NCBI GenBank assembly: GCA_051453625.1
Contig: JBOZIK010000001.1
Coordinates: 13,047,196 to 13,106,396, forward strand
Direction of reading: 5' to 3'
Origin: Welwitschia mirabilis
Taxonomy: Eukaryota
DNA length: 59,201 nucleotides
Below, in pieces: positions 12,606 to 25,621 of the stretch. Each line of letters begins with the position of its first letter. Positions within the stretch are counted from its first letter, which is position 1. The translations under genes were made by a program, and so were the position numbers. The notes below the pieces were generated by a model. It was not told the DNA's origin and did not search any database. It was given only the letters and a program-made list of their open reading frames with translations.

Positions 12606-13278
12606 TGTTGCGATGTCAATTTGTGGGAATTTTGATGGTATATTTTAAGTATTTTTATAGCACATTCATATAGGTTTTGATGCAATACTGNNNNNNNNNN
12701 NNNNNNNNNNNNNNNNNNNNNNNNNNNNNNNNNNNNNNNNNNNNNNNNNNNNNNNNNNNNNNNNNNNNNNNNNNNNNNNNNNNNNNNNNNNNNNNNNNNN
12801 NNNNNNNNNNNNNNNNNNNNNNNNNNNNNNNNNNNNNNNNNNNNNNNNNNNNNNNNNNNNNNNNNNNNNNNNNNNNNNNNNNNNNNNNNNNNNNNNNNNN
12901 NNNNNNNNNNNNNNNNNNNNNNNNNNNNNNNNNNNNNNNNNNNNNNNNNNNNNNNNNNNNNNNNNNNNNNNNNNNNNNNNNNNNNNNNNNNNNNNNNNNN
13001 NNNNNNNNNNNNNNNNNNNNNNNNNNNNNNNNNNNNACATGGCCTAAACCAACACTTAAAGAAAATCATACTATAGACCATGTTGCGATGTCAATTTGTG
13101 GGAATTTTGATGGTGTATTTTAAGTATTTTTGTAGCACATTCATATAGGTTTTGATGCAATACTGATGACTATGAATATCTGACAAGATGATCAGTAAAA
13201 CATGTGATACTTAACATTTTTGGCAGTTTCTTGGGATTTTCTGATACTACAGATTTGGAAAAAGGACTTTATGATGCA
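12606..13278 (+). repeat. Composite C first LTR (only the 5' ~200 bp visible; present twice, at 12606 and 13081, across a gap)
   Basis: TGTTGCGATGTCAATTTGTGGG directly abuts B gag and aligns with 13437 and 24388. Confidence 0.8.
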
Positions 13279-13436
13279 NNNNNNNNNNNNNNNNNNNNNN
13301 NNNNNNNNNNNNNNNNNNNNNNNNNNNNNNNNNNNNNNNNNNNNNNNNNNNNNNNNNNNNNNNNNNNNNNNNNNNNNNTCGCAATCTAATTGATTACTTA
13401 CTTTGTCAGGGACTGACAAGGCTAAGTAGAGGGCTA

Positions 13437-14809
13437 TGTTATGATGCTAATTTATAAGAATTTGATGGTGTATTTTGAGTATTTTTGTAGGACATTCATA
13501 CAAGATTTGATGAAGTACTTATAACTATTAAAATCTAATAAGATGATTAGAAAAACATGTGATCCTTAGCATTTTTGGCAGTTTCTTGGGCTTGTGTTGA
13601 TATTACATATCTAGAAGAAGGACTTTAAGATATAAAAGACTGACTTACTATGGAGAGTGGAGAAAAGAAAGGCTATAATCCCCATAATCATCTCCATGAC
13701 ATAGAGGATGATGATACTACTGATGTGGACAAAGGCTGTGAAGCTGATAGTAGCACATGGAGCATATGATGGTAAGGCATCATCCCCTTAGTTATTTGGA
13801 TGACGTGTATGACAACGACATTGGTAACATGCATGGACAACCCATGGGGCTAACGGTATCACATGGAAAACATGGAGGTAGGTGACACATGACATTGTCC
13901 CTTTGGTCATCCTCATGTCAGTCAGGATAACAACTATTTTTACATGTCTATAATGAATATCATTGTAAATGAGGTTAAACAACCCATATTAATTGTTAGG
14001 GTTTTGTCTTCTACCTGTAGGATTTTTCCTTCAATCCCTCAAGGGAAAAAATATAAATAATCTTCTCCTCCTTCATTTCCATTCCATATTTTGTACTTGA
14101 TACTTGTAACAGAGGATTAAAGGGAAAGAGGTTCATCTAGTGCTACAGAAAGGAGTCTTCTTTATGTTAGGTTATATCCCTTACATTGAGGTGCTGTTGT
14201 TCTGATTGTCAGTGGACTTTGTTTTGAATACTCTTTGAGTTAATACAAATTCTACTTTTCATTCCAATATTGTAAATGTCCCTTATGGTTTAAGTTGGTC
14301 ATAGTTAAGTGACAACCTATGATTTATTTAGATTATAAGGATAAACTTTATTAAGGTTAACCTTGATTAGTAGTAGTAGATTTTCATTGTACTTCATTTT
14401 ATTTCATATTGCATATTCTTACTTGGATAGATCTCATAGTTTATGTTGGTTAAGAACTAGTAGACACTCTTCTTAATTGATATAAGTTATAGAGAAAGTA
14501 GTCTTTGTGATAAAAATACTAGAATTTAAGTAGGATCTATTTCCATTTCCATTTCCATTTCCATCCATTCACTTTCATTTCATTTCCACTTAGCATTACA
14601 TTTACTTGTTTATTTTCTTTCATTTTTTTTAAGATGAAAAAATTAAAAGTACTTTGGCAAATAAATTTTCTAACTCTAATCCTAGTGCCTTCGTTGAATT
14701 ACGATATTTGGGTGAACTCCCATCTATACTAGAGTGTGTTTTTTGCAAATTACTTGATTTACAGTTTTACGTAAAGAATTTCCAGATTGCATGAATTCAC
14801 ACTGCAACA
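13437..14809 (+). repeat. Composite C middle LTR, preceded by PPT and followed by PBS
   Basis: AAGTAGAGGGCTA|TGTTA...GCAACA|TTTTGGCACT, with a TATA box TATAAATA at ~14053. Confidence 0.9.
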
Positions 14810-14812
14810 TTT

Positions 14813-14830
14813 TGGCACTATTACTGAGGA
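14813..14830 (+). promoter_or_regulatory. Decayed tRNA-Asp PBS (composite C)
   Basis: TGGCACTATTACTGAGGA versus TGGCGCCGTTGCCGGGGA. Confidence 0.8.
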
Positions 14831-15746
14831 AGGCCATAAGGAGCTAAGAGGATTGTTACTAACTAGATAAGTACCTTGAATCTTCTATTCAAGTTCTTTA
14901 TTTGAATTAGTACTATATTTTTCTATCTTAGGTTAAAGTAGGTTTGTTTCTGCAACTTCATTNNNNNNNNNNNNNNNNNNNNNNNNNNNNNNNNNNNNNN
15001 NNNNNNNNNNNNNNNNNNNNNNNNNNNNNNNNNNNNNNNNNNNNNNNNNNNNNNNNNNNNNNTGAGGAAGGCCATAAGGAGCTAAGAGGATTGTTACTAA
15101 CTAGATAAGTACCTTGAATCTTCTATTCAAGTTATTTATTTGAATTAGTACTATATTTTTCTATCTTAGGTTAAAGTAGGTTTGTTTCTGCAACTTCATT
15201 TTCCGTAATTTTTCTCCATTTTTCTTTATAATAATTGTCATCTTGTCTTTCATTTTCACAACCTGAGAGGATGATAGTCTAAAAATTTTTCCACATTTTT
15301 ACATTTTTTGTATTTTCTTTTCCATAAAATAAATCTCCTATCATTCTTTCTGTCATCCACACGCTAGCCCAAATGACAGTCTACATTTTTTGTAGCTTCT
15401 ATACTTTCAGATTTTTCATTTACAGTGATTATCATCCTGCTTGTCGTCCCCATGACTAGGTAGATGATTATCTACTATTTTTTATTTCTCTATTTNNNNN
15501 NNNNNNNNNNNNNNNNNNNNNNNNNNNNNNNNNNNNAAGAAGACAAAATATCAGAGAGAATAGAACCTAATTGAAGAAAATACTAGAGAGGGATTATTCA
15601 CCTTCAAACTAAATCCAGGTACACATACCCTAGATACACAAATTTCCAGAATTAAAGAAGAAGATTTTTCTACTTTTATTATTTCAAAATCAGATTTTGC
15701 AAAATAAAATTATAATATAGAAGGCAATCATATTATTTTTTTGAAA

Positions 15747-18700
15747 ATGTCAAATGTTTCGAAAGCGTTGCAAAAACAAAAGTAAGTTGCNNNNNNNNNN
15801 NNNNNNNNNNNNNNNNNNNNNNNNNNNNNNNNNNNNNNNNNNNNNNNNNNNNNNNNNNNNCATGAAATTCAAAATCCTTTTGATTTACCTCCTAGAGATG
15901 ATGTAGAATTAATAAATTTAAGTGCTTATCCAACTTTTTCAAAGGAACCAGAAGAAGATTCTTTTCAACATCTGACTGACATAGAACAACTTATGCTTAC
16001 ATCAAGAAATAGGAAAAAACATATTACTGATCGTACATTCTTAGAGGAAGCGAAAATTTGGCTCAAAACCATCTCACATAAAAGCCTTAAATCTTAGAGT
16101 CAAGTGCAAGAAGTGTTTATTAAAATATTTTTGAGTTAAAGTACTATGACGAAGAGAAAAAAGAAGTAATCAACTTTCAATAACAAACTCATGAGGATTA
16201 TGCAACTGCTTATGAATGTTTTATAATCGCTAACCATTCTAACCCTATTGATGAATTTCATAAAGAATAGCTAGTAGATTATTTTTATAATGGATTAAAT
16301 GCTTTAATAAAATAACCTGTAGATTTTTTTTTATGGAGGCAACTTGTTGAAATTGAGCCTAGATGATGCATGGAGTGTGCTAGAGAATTTGATAGAAATA
16401 AGTCAAACTTGACCTAAGCCCAGTAAAGAAAATCATATTATAAAACAAATTCTGAAAGATTTAAAAGAAGTAAAGCATGACAAGGAAGAAAAAAAGAATG
16501 ATTCAACTAACTTAATAAAAGATTTTACTACTACTTTAGATAAGTATACTTAAATGATAGTTGATGCAAAAGTAGTAAGAAATGAAACTTCAAACTCAAA
16601 CTATGAACTTTGTGAAGATGACTCTCACCTAACAAAATAATGCCTTTAATTACCAACTTATAATGAAAAGATGTTTAAGGAATTATGTGCTTTCAACGAA
16701 AAAGCACCCAACTTTAAAAATCAACCACAATTCCAACAAAGACCAAGTGGGTAATCTCAATGAAAACCATTTGAAAATAGATTCAAGAATTCTAACTTTT
16801 AACAGAATGTTCAACCAAATTTGAATGATCCCCTTAGGAAATCCATTGAAGAAATGAAAAAAGTACAAGTGAAAACTAATAGCAACATTGAGAACCTAGT
16901 GAATGTACTTTAACAACAATGCTTACCAACTAAAAACCATAAGTCTCCCTTACTTTCCATCCAATGCCCAATCTAAATGAAGTTAGGAGAGATTTAAATA
17001 TTGTAATAAGAAGTGGAAAAAATACAACATCTCCTCCTCATGAGGTTTTAACTTCTAAATATAATTAAAAAAATGAGGAATATGATGTAGAAATCTTAGA
17101 CTCTTACAACCTTTCATCAACATCATCTACTAAAGCCTCCAAAGAAAACAAAGGGAAGAAACCCTCCACTCCTTGGTTTGATAGATTAAACACAAATCCT
17201 ACATTTGATGAACATTTAAAATCCTTTATGCAAGAAGTTAATATCAACCTACCCTTTTTGAAACTCTTATAAGAAATCCCTAAATATTCTAAGTTATAGA
17301 AGGACTTAGTGAGATTAAAGCAAAAACATATTATTCCTAGTAAAGTTTTTCTTGCCTAATCTCTTTCCAACCTAGATATGAAAAAATGTCCTAAATTCAA
17401 AGATCTTGAGGCTACAACTATGAGTGTTACTTTAGAAGGAAACAAAAGAATTAGGAAGGCCTTGATTGACATAGTTGCAAGTGTAAACATCATAACTCTT
17501 CATATATATAAAAGACGTGGGTTAGAAAGCAGAGTTAAACCTAGACCTATCATCTTGGAGTTAGTTGATACCTCAATCAAGAGACCTATAGGAATTATCA
17601 AAGATCTAATTATCTAAATTAAGGAAGCCTTTTATCCCATTAATTTTGTCATAATTAAGATAGAACATGATGGAGGATATCCACTACTTCTAAAAANNNN
17701 NNNNNNNNNNNNNNNNNNNNNNNNNNNNNNNNNNNNNNNNNNNNNNNNNNNNNNNNNNNNNNNNNNNNNNNNNNNNNNNNNNNNNNNNNNNNNNNNATTA
17801 AGGAAGCCTTTTATCCCATTGATTTTTTCATAATTAAGATAGAACATGATGGAGGATATCCACTACTTCTAAAAAGAGCCTTTTGTGCTACTGCCCATTG
17901 TATTATTGACACCCAATCTGGAATGATGAGATACCACTTTAACAACAAAGAAATTACCATTACAGTTCTTGATGCTACTGAGAAAAACATAGGAACTATT
18001 TTCAACATTGAAGATAACTTGAAACCAACCTTATTTTTACAACATCACCCCATAGAAGAGAGATTAATCATGCTACAAGAGCCAACTTTGTATAATAACC
18101 CAACTAAAATAAATTATCTTGAGTTTGAGGATGAAGTTTTTAAAGATAAGGAAGAAATCCAACATCTGTACTTAATAGAAAAGCTTTTTAAAGAATTTTG
18201 TTCTATGGCTGTCATCCCCATGAGAGATGGAACGACATCCTAACATAACACCCATGAGCTTAAGAAGTTACCGTAGGATCTAAAATACATATTTCTACCA
18301 AAATTAAATGAAAACCCTGATAATTAGTAACCTTCTCACTTCTCAACAAGAATCAGATTTGACCTCATTCTTAGAATCAAAGAAAAATTTGCTTAGACAC
18401 ATAAAGACTTATATGCCATTCCTCTTTTCATAGTTTAACATAAAATCTATCTTAAGGACAATGTCAAACCTGTTAGACAACTCCAAAGAAGACTAAATCC
18501 AGCCATTAAATAAATTATCAAAGATGAAATCATTAAACTTATGAATGCTTGAATTATTTATGCCATAGCTGATAGTAAGTGGGTTAGCCCTTTAATAATA
18601 GTTCTAAGGAAAGAAGGAAAATGGAGAATGTACATTGATTTTAGAAAACTCAATGAGGTCACCAAAAAATATCATTGCCCTTTACCCTTTCTTAATCAAA

Positions 18701-21530
18701 TTCTTGATAGAATCCAAGGTCATTCCTATTATTGTTTTCTTGATGGGTATAGTGGCTATAATCAAATTTGCATAGCAACTGAAGGCCAAGCTAAAACTAC
18801 CTTTACATCTCCTTTTAAAACCTTTGCTTTCAAACGAATGCCCTTTGGACTTTTCAATGCCCCTGGAACCTTTCAATGAGCCATGATAGAAATCTTTTCT
18901 AATATGATAGAAGACTCTATTGAAATCTTTATGGATGACTTCTCCATCTTTGGTGATACTTTTGAATAAGCTATAATGAGGTTAGAAAAAGTCCTTGATC
19001 AATGTATTGAAAGTGGTTTACACTTGAGCTACGAAAAGCATTTCTTTCTTATCCAATATGGAATTGTTTTAGGTCATTACATTTTAAAAGAAGAGATTAG
19101 AATGAACCCCACAAAAGTATATATCATTAAAAATCTTAATCCTCTAACAAATTTCAAATAAGTTAGATCTTTCTTTGGAGATGCTGGTTTTTACTGTCGA
19201 TTCATCCATGACTATGCTAAAACTTATAAACCTCTCTACTCTTTACTTGAAAAAGAGGTGAAATTTAAANNNNNNNNNNNNNNNNNNNNNNNNNNNNNNN
19301 NNNNNNNNNNNNNNNNNNNNNNNNNNNNNNNNNNNNNNNNNNNNNNNNNNNNNNNNNNNNNNNNNNNNNNNNNNNNNNNNNNNNNNNNNNNNNNNNNNNN
19401 NNNNNNNNNNNNNNNNNNNNNNNNNNNNNNNNNNNNNNNNNNNNNNNNNNNNNNNNNNNNNNNNNNNNNNNNNNNNNNNNNNNNNNNNNNNNNNNNNNNN
19501 NNNNNNNNNNNNNNNNNNNNNNNNNNNNNNNNNNNNNNNNNNNNNNNNNNNNNNNNNNNNNNNNNNNNNNNNNNNNNNNNNNNNNNNNNNNNNNNNNNNN
19601 NNNNNNNNNNNNNNNNNNNNNNNNNNNNNNNNNNNNNNNNNNNNNNNNNNNNNNNNNNNNNNNNNNNNNNNNNNNNNNNNNNNNNNNNNNNNNNNNNNNN
19701 NNNNNNNNNNNNNNNNNNNNNNNNNNNNNNNNNNNNNNNNNNNNNNNNNNNNNNNNNNNNNNNNNNNNNNNNNNNNNNNNNNNNNNNNNNNNNNNNNNNN
19801 NNNNNNNNNNNNNNNNNNNNNNNNNNNNNNNNNNNNNNNNNNNNNNNNNNNNNNNNNNNNNNNNNNNNNNNNNNNNNNNNNNNNNNNNNNNNNNNNNNNN
19901 NNNNNNNNNNNNNNNNNNNNNNNNNNNNNNNATCTTTGATACTATCTTCTTGGTTTCCATATTAATGTTTACATGAACCATGCAACTATTTGCTATCTTA
20001 TGACTAAAAAATATTTGAGTGCTAGACTTATTAGATGAGTCTTTTTAATGCAAAAATTTAATCTTACCATCATTGATAAGGCTAAAAAACATAACAGTGC
20101 TAGCGATCATCTTTCTTGACTCACTTTCTTCCTTGATAAAACTCCCATTAATGACTTCTTTCCTGATGAAAAACTATTTGTAATTAAAGAACTTTATGCT
20201 ATCTTATCTTCTTACCCTGCTCCTTCATATGCTGACATCGTAAATTACCTAATAACTATAAAAACTCCTCAGCATTGAAACCATAATCAATGCAAAATTT
20301 TCTTCATAGGATTTATAACTATGAGTGGAATGAGCCTCATCTTTATAGATGTTGCAAAGATAAAATTATGCATAAATGTGTGCCTAAATAGGAAATATTA
20401 GAAATTTTAAAACTTTGTTAGGGACACTTTAGTGGCCAAATGACTACCATGAAAATTCTTTACTTTGGTTTTTATTAGTCCACTCTTTTTAAGAATTTAT
20501 TTGACTTTTCTTGAAAGTGTGTCATTTGTCAATGTTATGGTAGTTTCACTCATTCTCATGATATGCCCCTCAAACCTATACTTGAATGTAAACCTTTTGG
20601 TTATTAGGGAATCGACTTTGTAGGCCCAATTTCACCACCTTTCAATGAGCAAAATTATATCTTAGTAGTTGTAGATTATGTTACTAAGTGGATTGAAGCT
20701 TCTTCAACCACCAAAAATGATTCCTAAACTATTTGCAACTTTGTTCAAACTCATATTTTTTAATGATTTAGCTTTCTATGAATAATTATTAGTGATTAAG
20801 GGACACAGTTCATTAATCAACTCTTTTAAAAACTTCTTCTATCCATTGGTGTTGAACATAGAATTGCTTATGCTTATCATCCTCAAACCAATGATTAAGC
20901 TAAAAATGCAAATAGAGAGATCAAAAAAATGCTTCAAAAATTAGTCTCTGTCAATAAGAAGGCTTGGTCCTCTAAACTTAATGATGTTCTTTGATCTTAC
21001 CATACTACTTGGCGTAACTCTTTAGGTTTCTCATCCTATGAACATATGTACCGTAAAGTGTGTGCTTTACTGGTTAATGTTTGCTATAATTCCTATCGTT
21101 TCACTCATCAACTGAACCTTGTTAACTTGAATGAAAATCTTAAGATTCGATTAGCCCAACTTAACCATTTAGATGAAAAATGGACTCATACCTTATATTG
21201 TTAACTCATTCATAAGAAGCAAGCCAAGTTTAGACATTAAAAAAATATTATTTACAAATAGTTTGAACCTAGCCAACTTGTCTTGTTGTATAACACCTAC
21301 GTACACCTTCTACACAACAAGTTAACTTCTAAATGGTTAGGTCCTTATCTCATTGAAAAAGTACACTCAAATGGCTTAGTTAAAATCTCCAATTTAAACA
21401 CTAGAGAAATCCAAAAGGTTAAAGGTTAAAATTTTATGAGTTATCTCCTGATGAAATCTTAAACATAATAGAAGAACTTGTTTTAGAAGCTCCTCTTCAA
21501 GAGGAGGACCTTTCTTTTGCCATTATCTAA
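15747..21530 (+). pseudogene. Composite C degenerate gag-pol (GAG-PR-RT-RH-IN), Athila-like
   Basis: Protease ALIDIVASVNII (~17460). RT SKWVSP..WRMYIDFRKLN..FLDGYSGYNQI..RMPFGLFNAPGTF..IFMDDFSIFG (18570-18960). IN *GIDFVGP, VDYVTKWIEA, AYHPQTN, plus GPY/F motif KWLGPYLIEKV (~21335). No chromodomain. Confidence 0.95.
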
Positions 21531-21961
21531 ATTCTTTCTTAACTCATTCCTTTAGTCAATATCATGCTATCACTTTAATATCTTTAACTTTACATATGTA
21601 TTTANNNNNNNNNNNNNNNNNNNNNNNNNNNNNNNNNNNNNNNNNNNNNNNNNNNNNNNNNNNNNNNNNNNNNNNNNNNNNNNNNNNNNNNNNNNNNNNN
21701 TTCATTCAGAAGGAAGATGCCTTGATTCTTTTATTATCTTTCAATGATGTGAGGAATTAGTTATTTTTGTAATATTTTACTTTGCCACTCATCTCATGTC
21801 TTCACTTTTATCCTTATAAGTGTTTGATCATGTGGAATGGTATCAAAAAAAAAAAAAAGAAAAAAAACAAAGAGAGAGAAGAAAAAAAAGAAAAGAAAAA
21901 GAAAAAGAACTACCATGCTTTTTTATGTTATATCTCTACAAACATAGTAATCATGGTGTAC

Positions 21962-22130
21962 AAACATGGTAATCATGATGTCCTACTGCAAGCACACCGA
22001 GGCAAATATTCCCAAGAGGGGCCTTTAGCAGTGCGATATGATAGTTGTGGGAACTCCACTGGGAGATCATTTAGCTATGCTGTGTAGGTTCTTACTCCTC
22101 TGATAGTGGTTGCACTCCCCTCATCATGGA
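21962..22130 (+). other. Conserved GC-rich block in the Athila 3' non-coding region (second copy 47001-47169)
   Basis: Colinear alignment AAACATGG...GGGAACTC...GGTTCTTACT...TGCACTCCCCTCATCATGGA in both elements, with internal complementarity. Confidence 0.75.
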
Positions 22131-24387
22131 AAAATAATTTGCTTTTCTTTATTTATTTCTANNNNNNNNNNNNNNNNNNNNNNCTTTCTGGATTGTAGTA
22201 TTTGTTTTGACATGGTAGCTTGTAACTTCCTGTATTTTAAATAGCTTTTTATCTTATCATTTATTGTTTGATAACATTAGCATACTCGACATCATCATAA
22301 TCACTACCCATTTGAGTGGAACATTATGCATTTTTACATTATGTCATGCATCATTAATCAAATGATTTTATGATTGTTGCTAAAGGAATTTTTTAGGTTA
22401 GCATTTAAGGGTAATAAAGCAATCTTCTTCATGTTCCTAGTTGTATATTTTTATTTTTGTTTTTCTTTAGTTGTTTTGTTGGATTTTCAAAGTCATTTCT
22501 TCATACTTTTTAAGCATCATATCATGGACCTAATCATTTTTAATTCTTATTGTGTTTTCTCGAGGCTTGTTATTTCTTTTTGATAAGTTTTCTTCATCTG
22601 ATGAGTTTNNNNNNNNNNNNNNNNNNNNNNNNNNNNNNNNNNNNNNNNNNNNNNNNNNNNNNNNNNNNNNNNNNNNNNNNNNNNNNNNNNNNNNNNNNNN
22701 NNNNNNNNCATTTTTAATTCTTATTGTGTTTTCTCGAGGCTTGTTATTTCTTTTTGATAAGTTTTCTTCATCTGATGAGTTTCAGCTTTTTATGTGTTTA
22801 GGCTGATTTTTCATCTTTTTCTCAGGTTGTTATCCTCTTTCTATTGATTTTCAGTGTTTTCTGATTTTTTACATTTTCTGGCTTCGCCTTTCTTTCCAAA
22901 CCAGCTATTTTGATAAATATCATCCACATCTATCATCCCCACGATAAAAGGGATGATACTCCCTGTTTATTTATAGGTGCAATCTGAGATGTCTTACTTC
23001 TCCTAGGGGGAGGTGGGTNNNNNNNNNNNNNNNNNNNNNNNNNNNNNNNNNNNNNNNNNNNNNNNNNNNNNNNNNNNNNNNNNNNNNNNNNNNNNNNNNN
23101 NNNNNNNNNNNNNNNNNNNNNNNNNNNNNNNNNNNNNNNNNNNNNNNNNNNNNNNNNNNNNNNNNNNNNNNNNNNNNNNNNNNNNNNNNNNNNNNNNNNN
23201 NNNNNNNNNNNNNNNNNNNNNNNNNNNNNNNNNNNNNNNNNNNNNNNNNNNNNNNNNNNNNNNNNNNNNNNNNNNNNNNNNNNNNNNNNNNNNNNNNNNN
23301 NNNNNNNNNNNNNNNNNNNNNNNNNNNNNNNNNNNNNNNNNNNNNNNNNNNNNNNNNNNNNNNNNNNNNNNNNNNNNNNNNNNNNNNNNNNNNNNNNNNN
23401 NNNNNNNNNNNNNNNNNNNNNNNNNNNNNNNNNNNNNNNNNNNNNNNNNNNNNNNNNNNNNNNNNNNNNNNNNNNNNNNNNNNNNNNNNNNNNNNNNNNN
23501 NNNNNNNNNNNNNNNNNNNNNNNNNNNNNNNNNNNNNNNNNNNNNNNNNNNNNNNNNNNNNNNNNNNNNNNNNNNNNNNNNNNNNNNNNNNNNNNNNNNN
23601 NNNNNNNNNNNNNNNNNNNNNNNNNNNNNNNNNNNNNNNNNNNNNNNNNNNNNNNNNNNNNNNNNNNNNNNNNNNNNNNNNNNNNNNNNNNNNNNNNNNN
23701 NNNNNNNNNNNNNNNNNNNNNNNNNNNNNNNNNNNNNNNNNNNNNNNNNNNNNNNNNNNNNNNNNNNNNNNNNNNNNNNNNNNNTAGGACACATTTCTAA
23801 GTGTTAATCTATTTTTATCAGCATAAAATTTTTAATTTCTGAGCTTTCATGATCTAATTTTATGTTGGGTTATTTGGATGAGTTTTTCATGCTATTCGAA
23901 TAAATCCTTTATAGCATTCATGTACTTTATCATGCAGGATCTAGCAGCACTTTTACATGTCTTTCTATAGCCATGTTTTTTGATCATCTGAATCATGCTA
24001 TATTTAATTTTGTTTCTTGCCTTTTTANNNNNNNNNNNNNNNNNNNNNNNNNNNNNNNNNNNNNNNNNNNNNNNNNNNNNNNNNNNNNNNNNNNNNNNNN
24101 NNNNNNNNNNNNNNNNNNNNNNNNNNNNNNNNNNNNNNNNNNNNNNCAAATACCTTTTTATGACTCCTATGTGTGTATCGCATTCTTTCATTCTATAGTG
24201 ACATGCTTAAGTAAGAGGCTTAGAAAAATTTTCAAAACTTATATTAATTCCTTTTTGATGATATCATTTTTTGATAAACTCAATTTACATCCTTTTAAAC
24301 ACTATTTTTTTAATCCTACACAAATTGGCTCACAATCTAGTTGATCACTTGCTTTATCAGGGACTGACAAGGCTAAGTAAGGGGCTA

Positions 24388-25209
24388 TGTTGTAATGCCA
24401 ATTTGTGGGAATTTGATAGTGTATTTTGACTATTTTTGCAGGACATTCATACAGGTTTTGATGCAATACTGATGACTATGAAGATCTAATAGGATAATCA
24501 GTAAAACATTTGATACTTAGCATTTTTGACAGATTTTGGGCTTGTTCTAATACTGCATATTTGGAAGAAGTACTTTATGATGCAAAATACTGACTTACCT
24601 TGGAGAAAGAAGTAAAGGAAAACCATCATCCTTACTGTCATTCCCATGACACCTAAGACAACTAAATTACTAATGTGAACAGAGCCTATAGTACTGACAG
24701 TAGCACATGGAGTACATGGTGATAGGGCATCATCCTCTCAATTATTCTGATAATAGCCAGGATGTCGGCATCAGTAACATGCACGGATAACCCATGGAAC
24801 AGACGGTATCACATGGGCACACAACCTAAGAAGTTTAGGCGGCATAGACACCTCTATCATGTGGATGACAATCAGGATGATAATTATTTTTACATGTTCA
24901 TAATAAATATCATTGTAAATGGGGTCAAATAACCCATGTGGATCATTAGGATTTTTGTTTCCCGCCTTTAGTGTTTTACCTCTAAAACCTCAAGTGAAAA
25001 ATTATAAATACCCTTCCCCTTCTTCATTTTCACTCTATCTTCTATACTCGATACTTGTGATGGACGATTAAAGAACAAGAGGTTCATCCTGTGCTGCAAA
25101 AAGAAGTCTCATTAGTATTAGGTTGTGTCTCTTTCATTGAGGTGCTATTGTTCTAATTGTAAGTGGATGTTGTTCTAATTTCCAGATTGCATAAATTCAC
25201 ATTGCAACA
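24388..25209 (+). repeat. Composite C last LTR (internally deleted; 3' part duplicated to 25621)
   Basis: PPT AAGTAAGGGGCTA then TGTTG...GCAACA. It lacks ~550 bp present at ~14229-14780 in the middle LTR. Confidence 0.9.
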
Positions 25210-25621
25210 TACCAAATCATAAAAGATCCTAGAGAAATGAAATAAGAAAATGAGGAAGTAAAAACAAAAAAATAACCAATAAATATCATTAAGGATTTTA
25301 TAATAATATTAAAAGAATNNNNNNNNNNNNNNNNNNNNNNNNNNNNNNNNNNNNNNNNNNNNNNNNNNNNNNNNNNNNNNNNNNNNNNNNNNNNNNNNNN
25401 NNNNNNNNNNNNNNNNNNAATACCATTCCCCTTCTTCATTTTCACTCTATCTTCGATACTCGATACTTGTGATGGAGGATTAAAGAAAAAGAGGTTCATC
25501 CTGTGCTGCAAAAAGAAGTCTCTTTAGTGTTAGGCTGTGTCTCTTTCATTGAGGTGCTGTTGTTCTAATTGTAAGTGGATGTTGTTCTGATTTTCAGATT
25601 GCATAAATTCACATTGCAACA

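Larger units (their letters stand above)
12606..25621 (+). mobile_element. Composite C: Athila-like insertion with three LTRs, inserted in B gag
   Basis: Flanks GACCA (12601-12605) and TACCA (25210-25214, duplicated at 25622-25626). B gag rejoins as KENHTVD|QIIKD, matching KENHIIKQILKD in C's own gag. Confidence 0.8.

Noticed and set aside
14539..14562. (ATTTCC)4 microsatellite and CATTG-type repeats in LTR U5 regions
   Set aside because: Ordinary low-complexity LTR sequence, not telomeric or satellite DNA.
21782..22087. 101-aa ORF with a poly-Lys/Glu tract
   Set aside because: It is a translation of the A-rich tract in the Athila 3' UTR and is not preserved in the homologous region near 46900-47170.
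21962..22130. tRNA, 5S-derived (Cassandra-like) or hammerhead ribozyme identity for the conserved block
   Set aside because: I could not find A/B boxes, a cloverleaf, or a CTGANGA...GAAA core conserved in both copies, so it is left as an unassigned structure.
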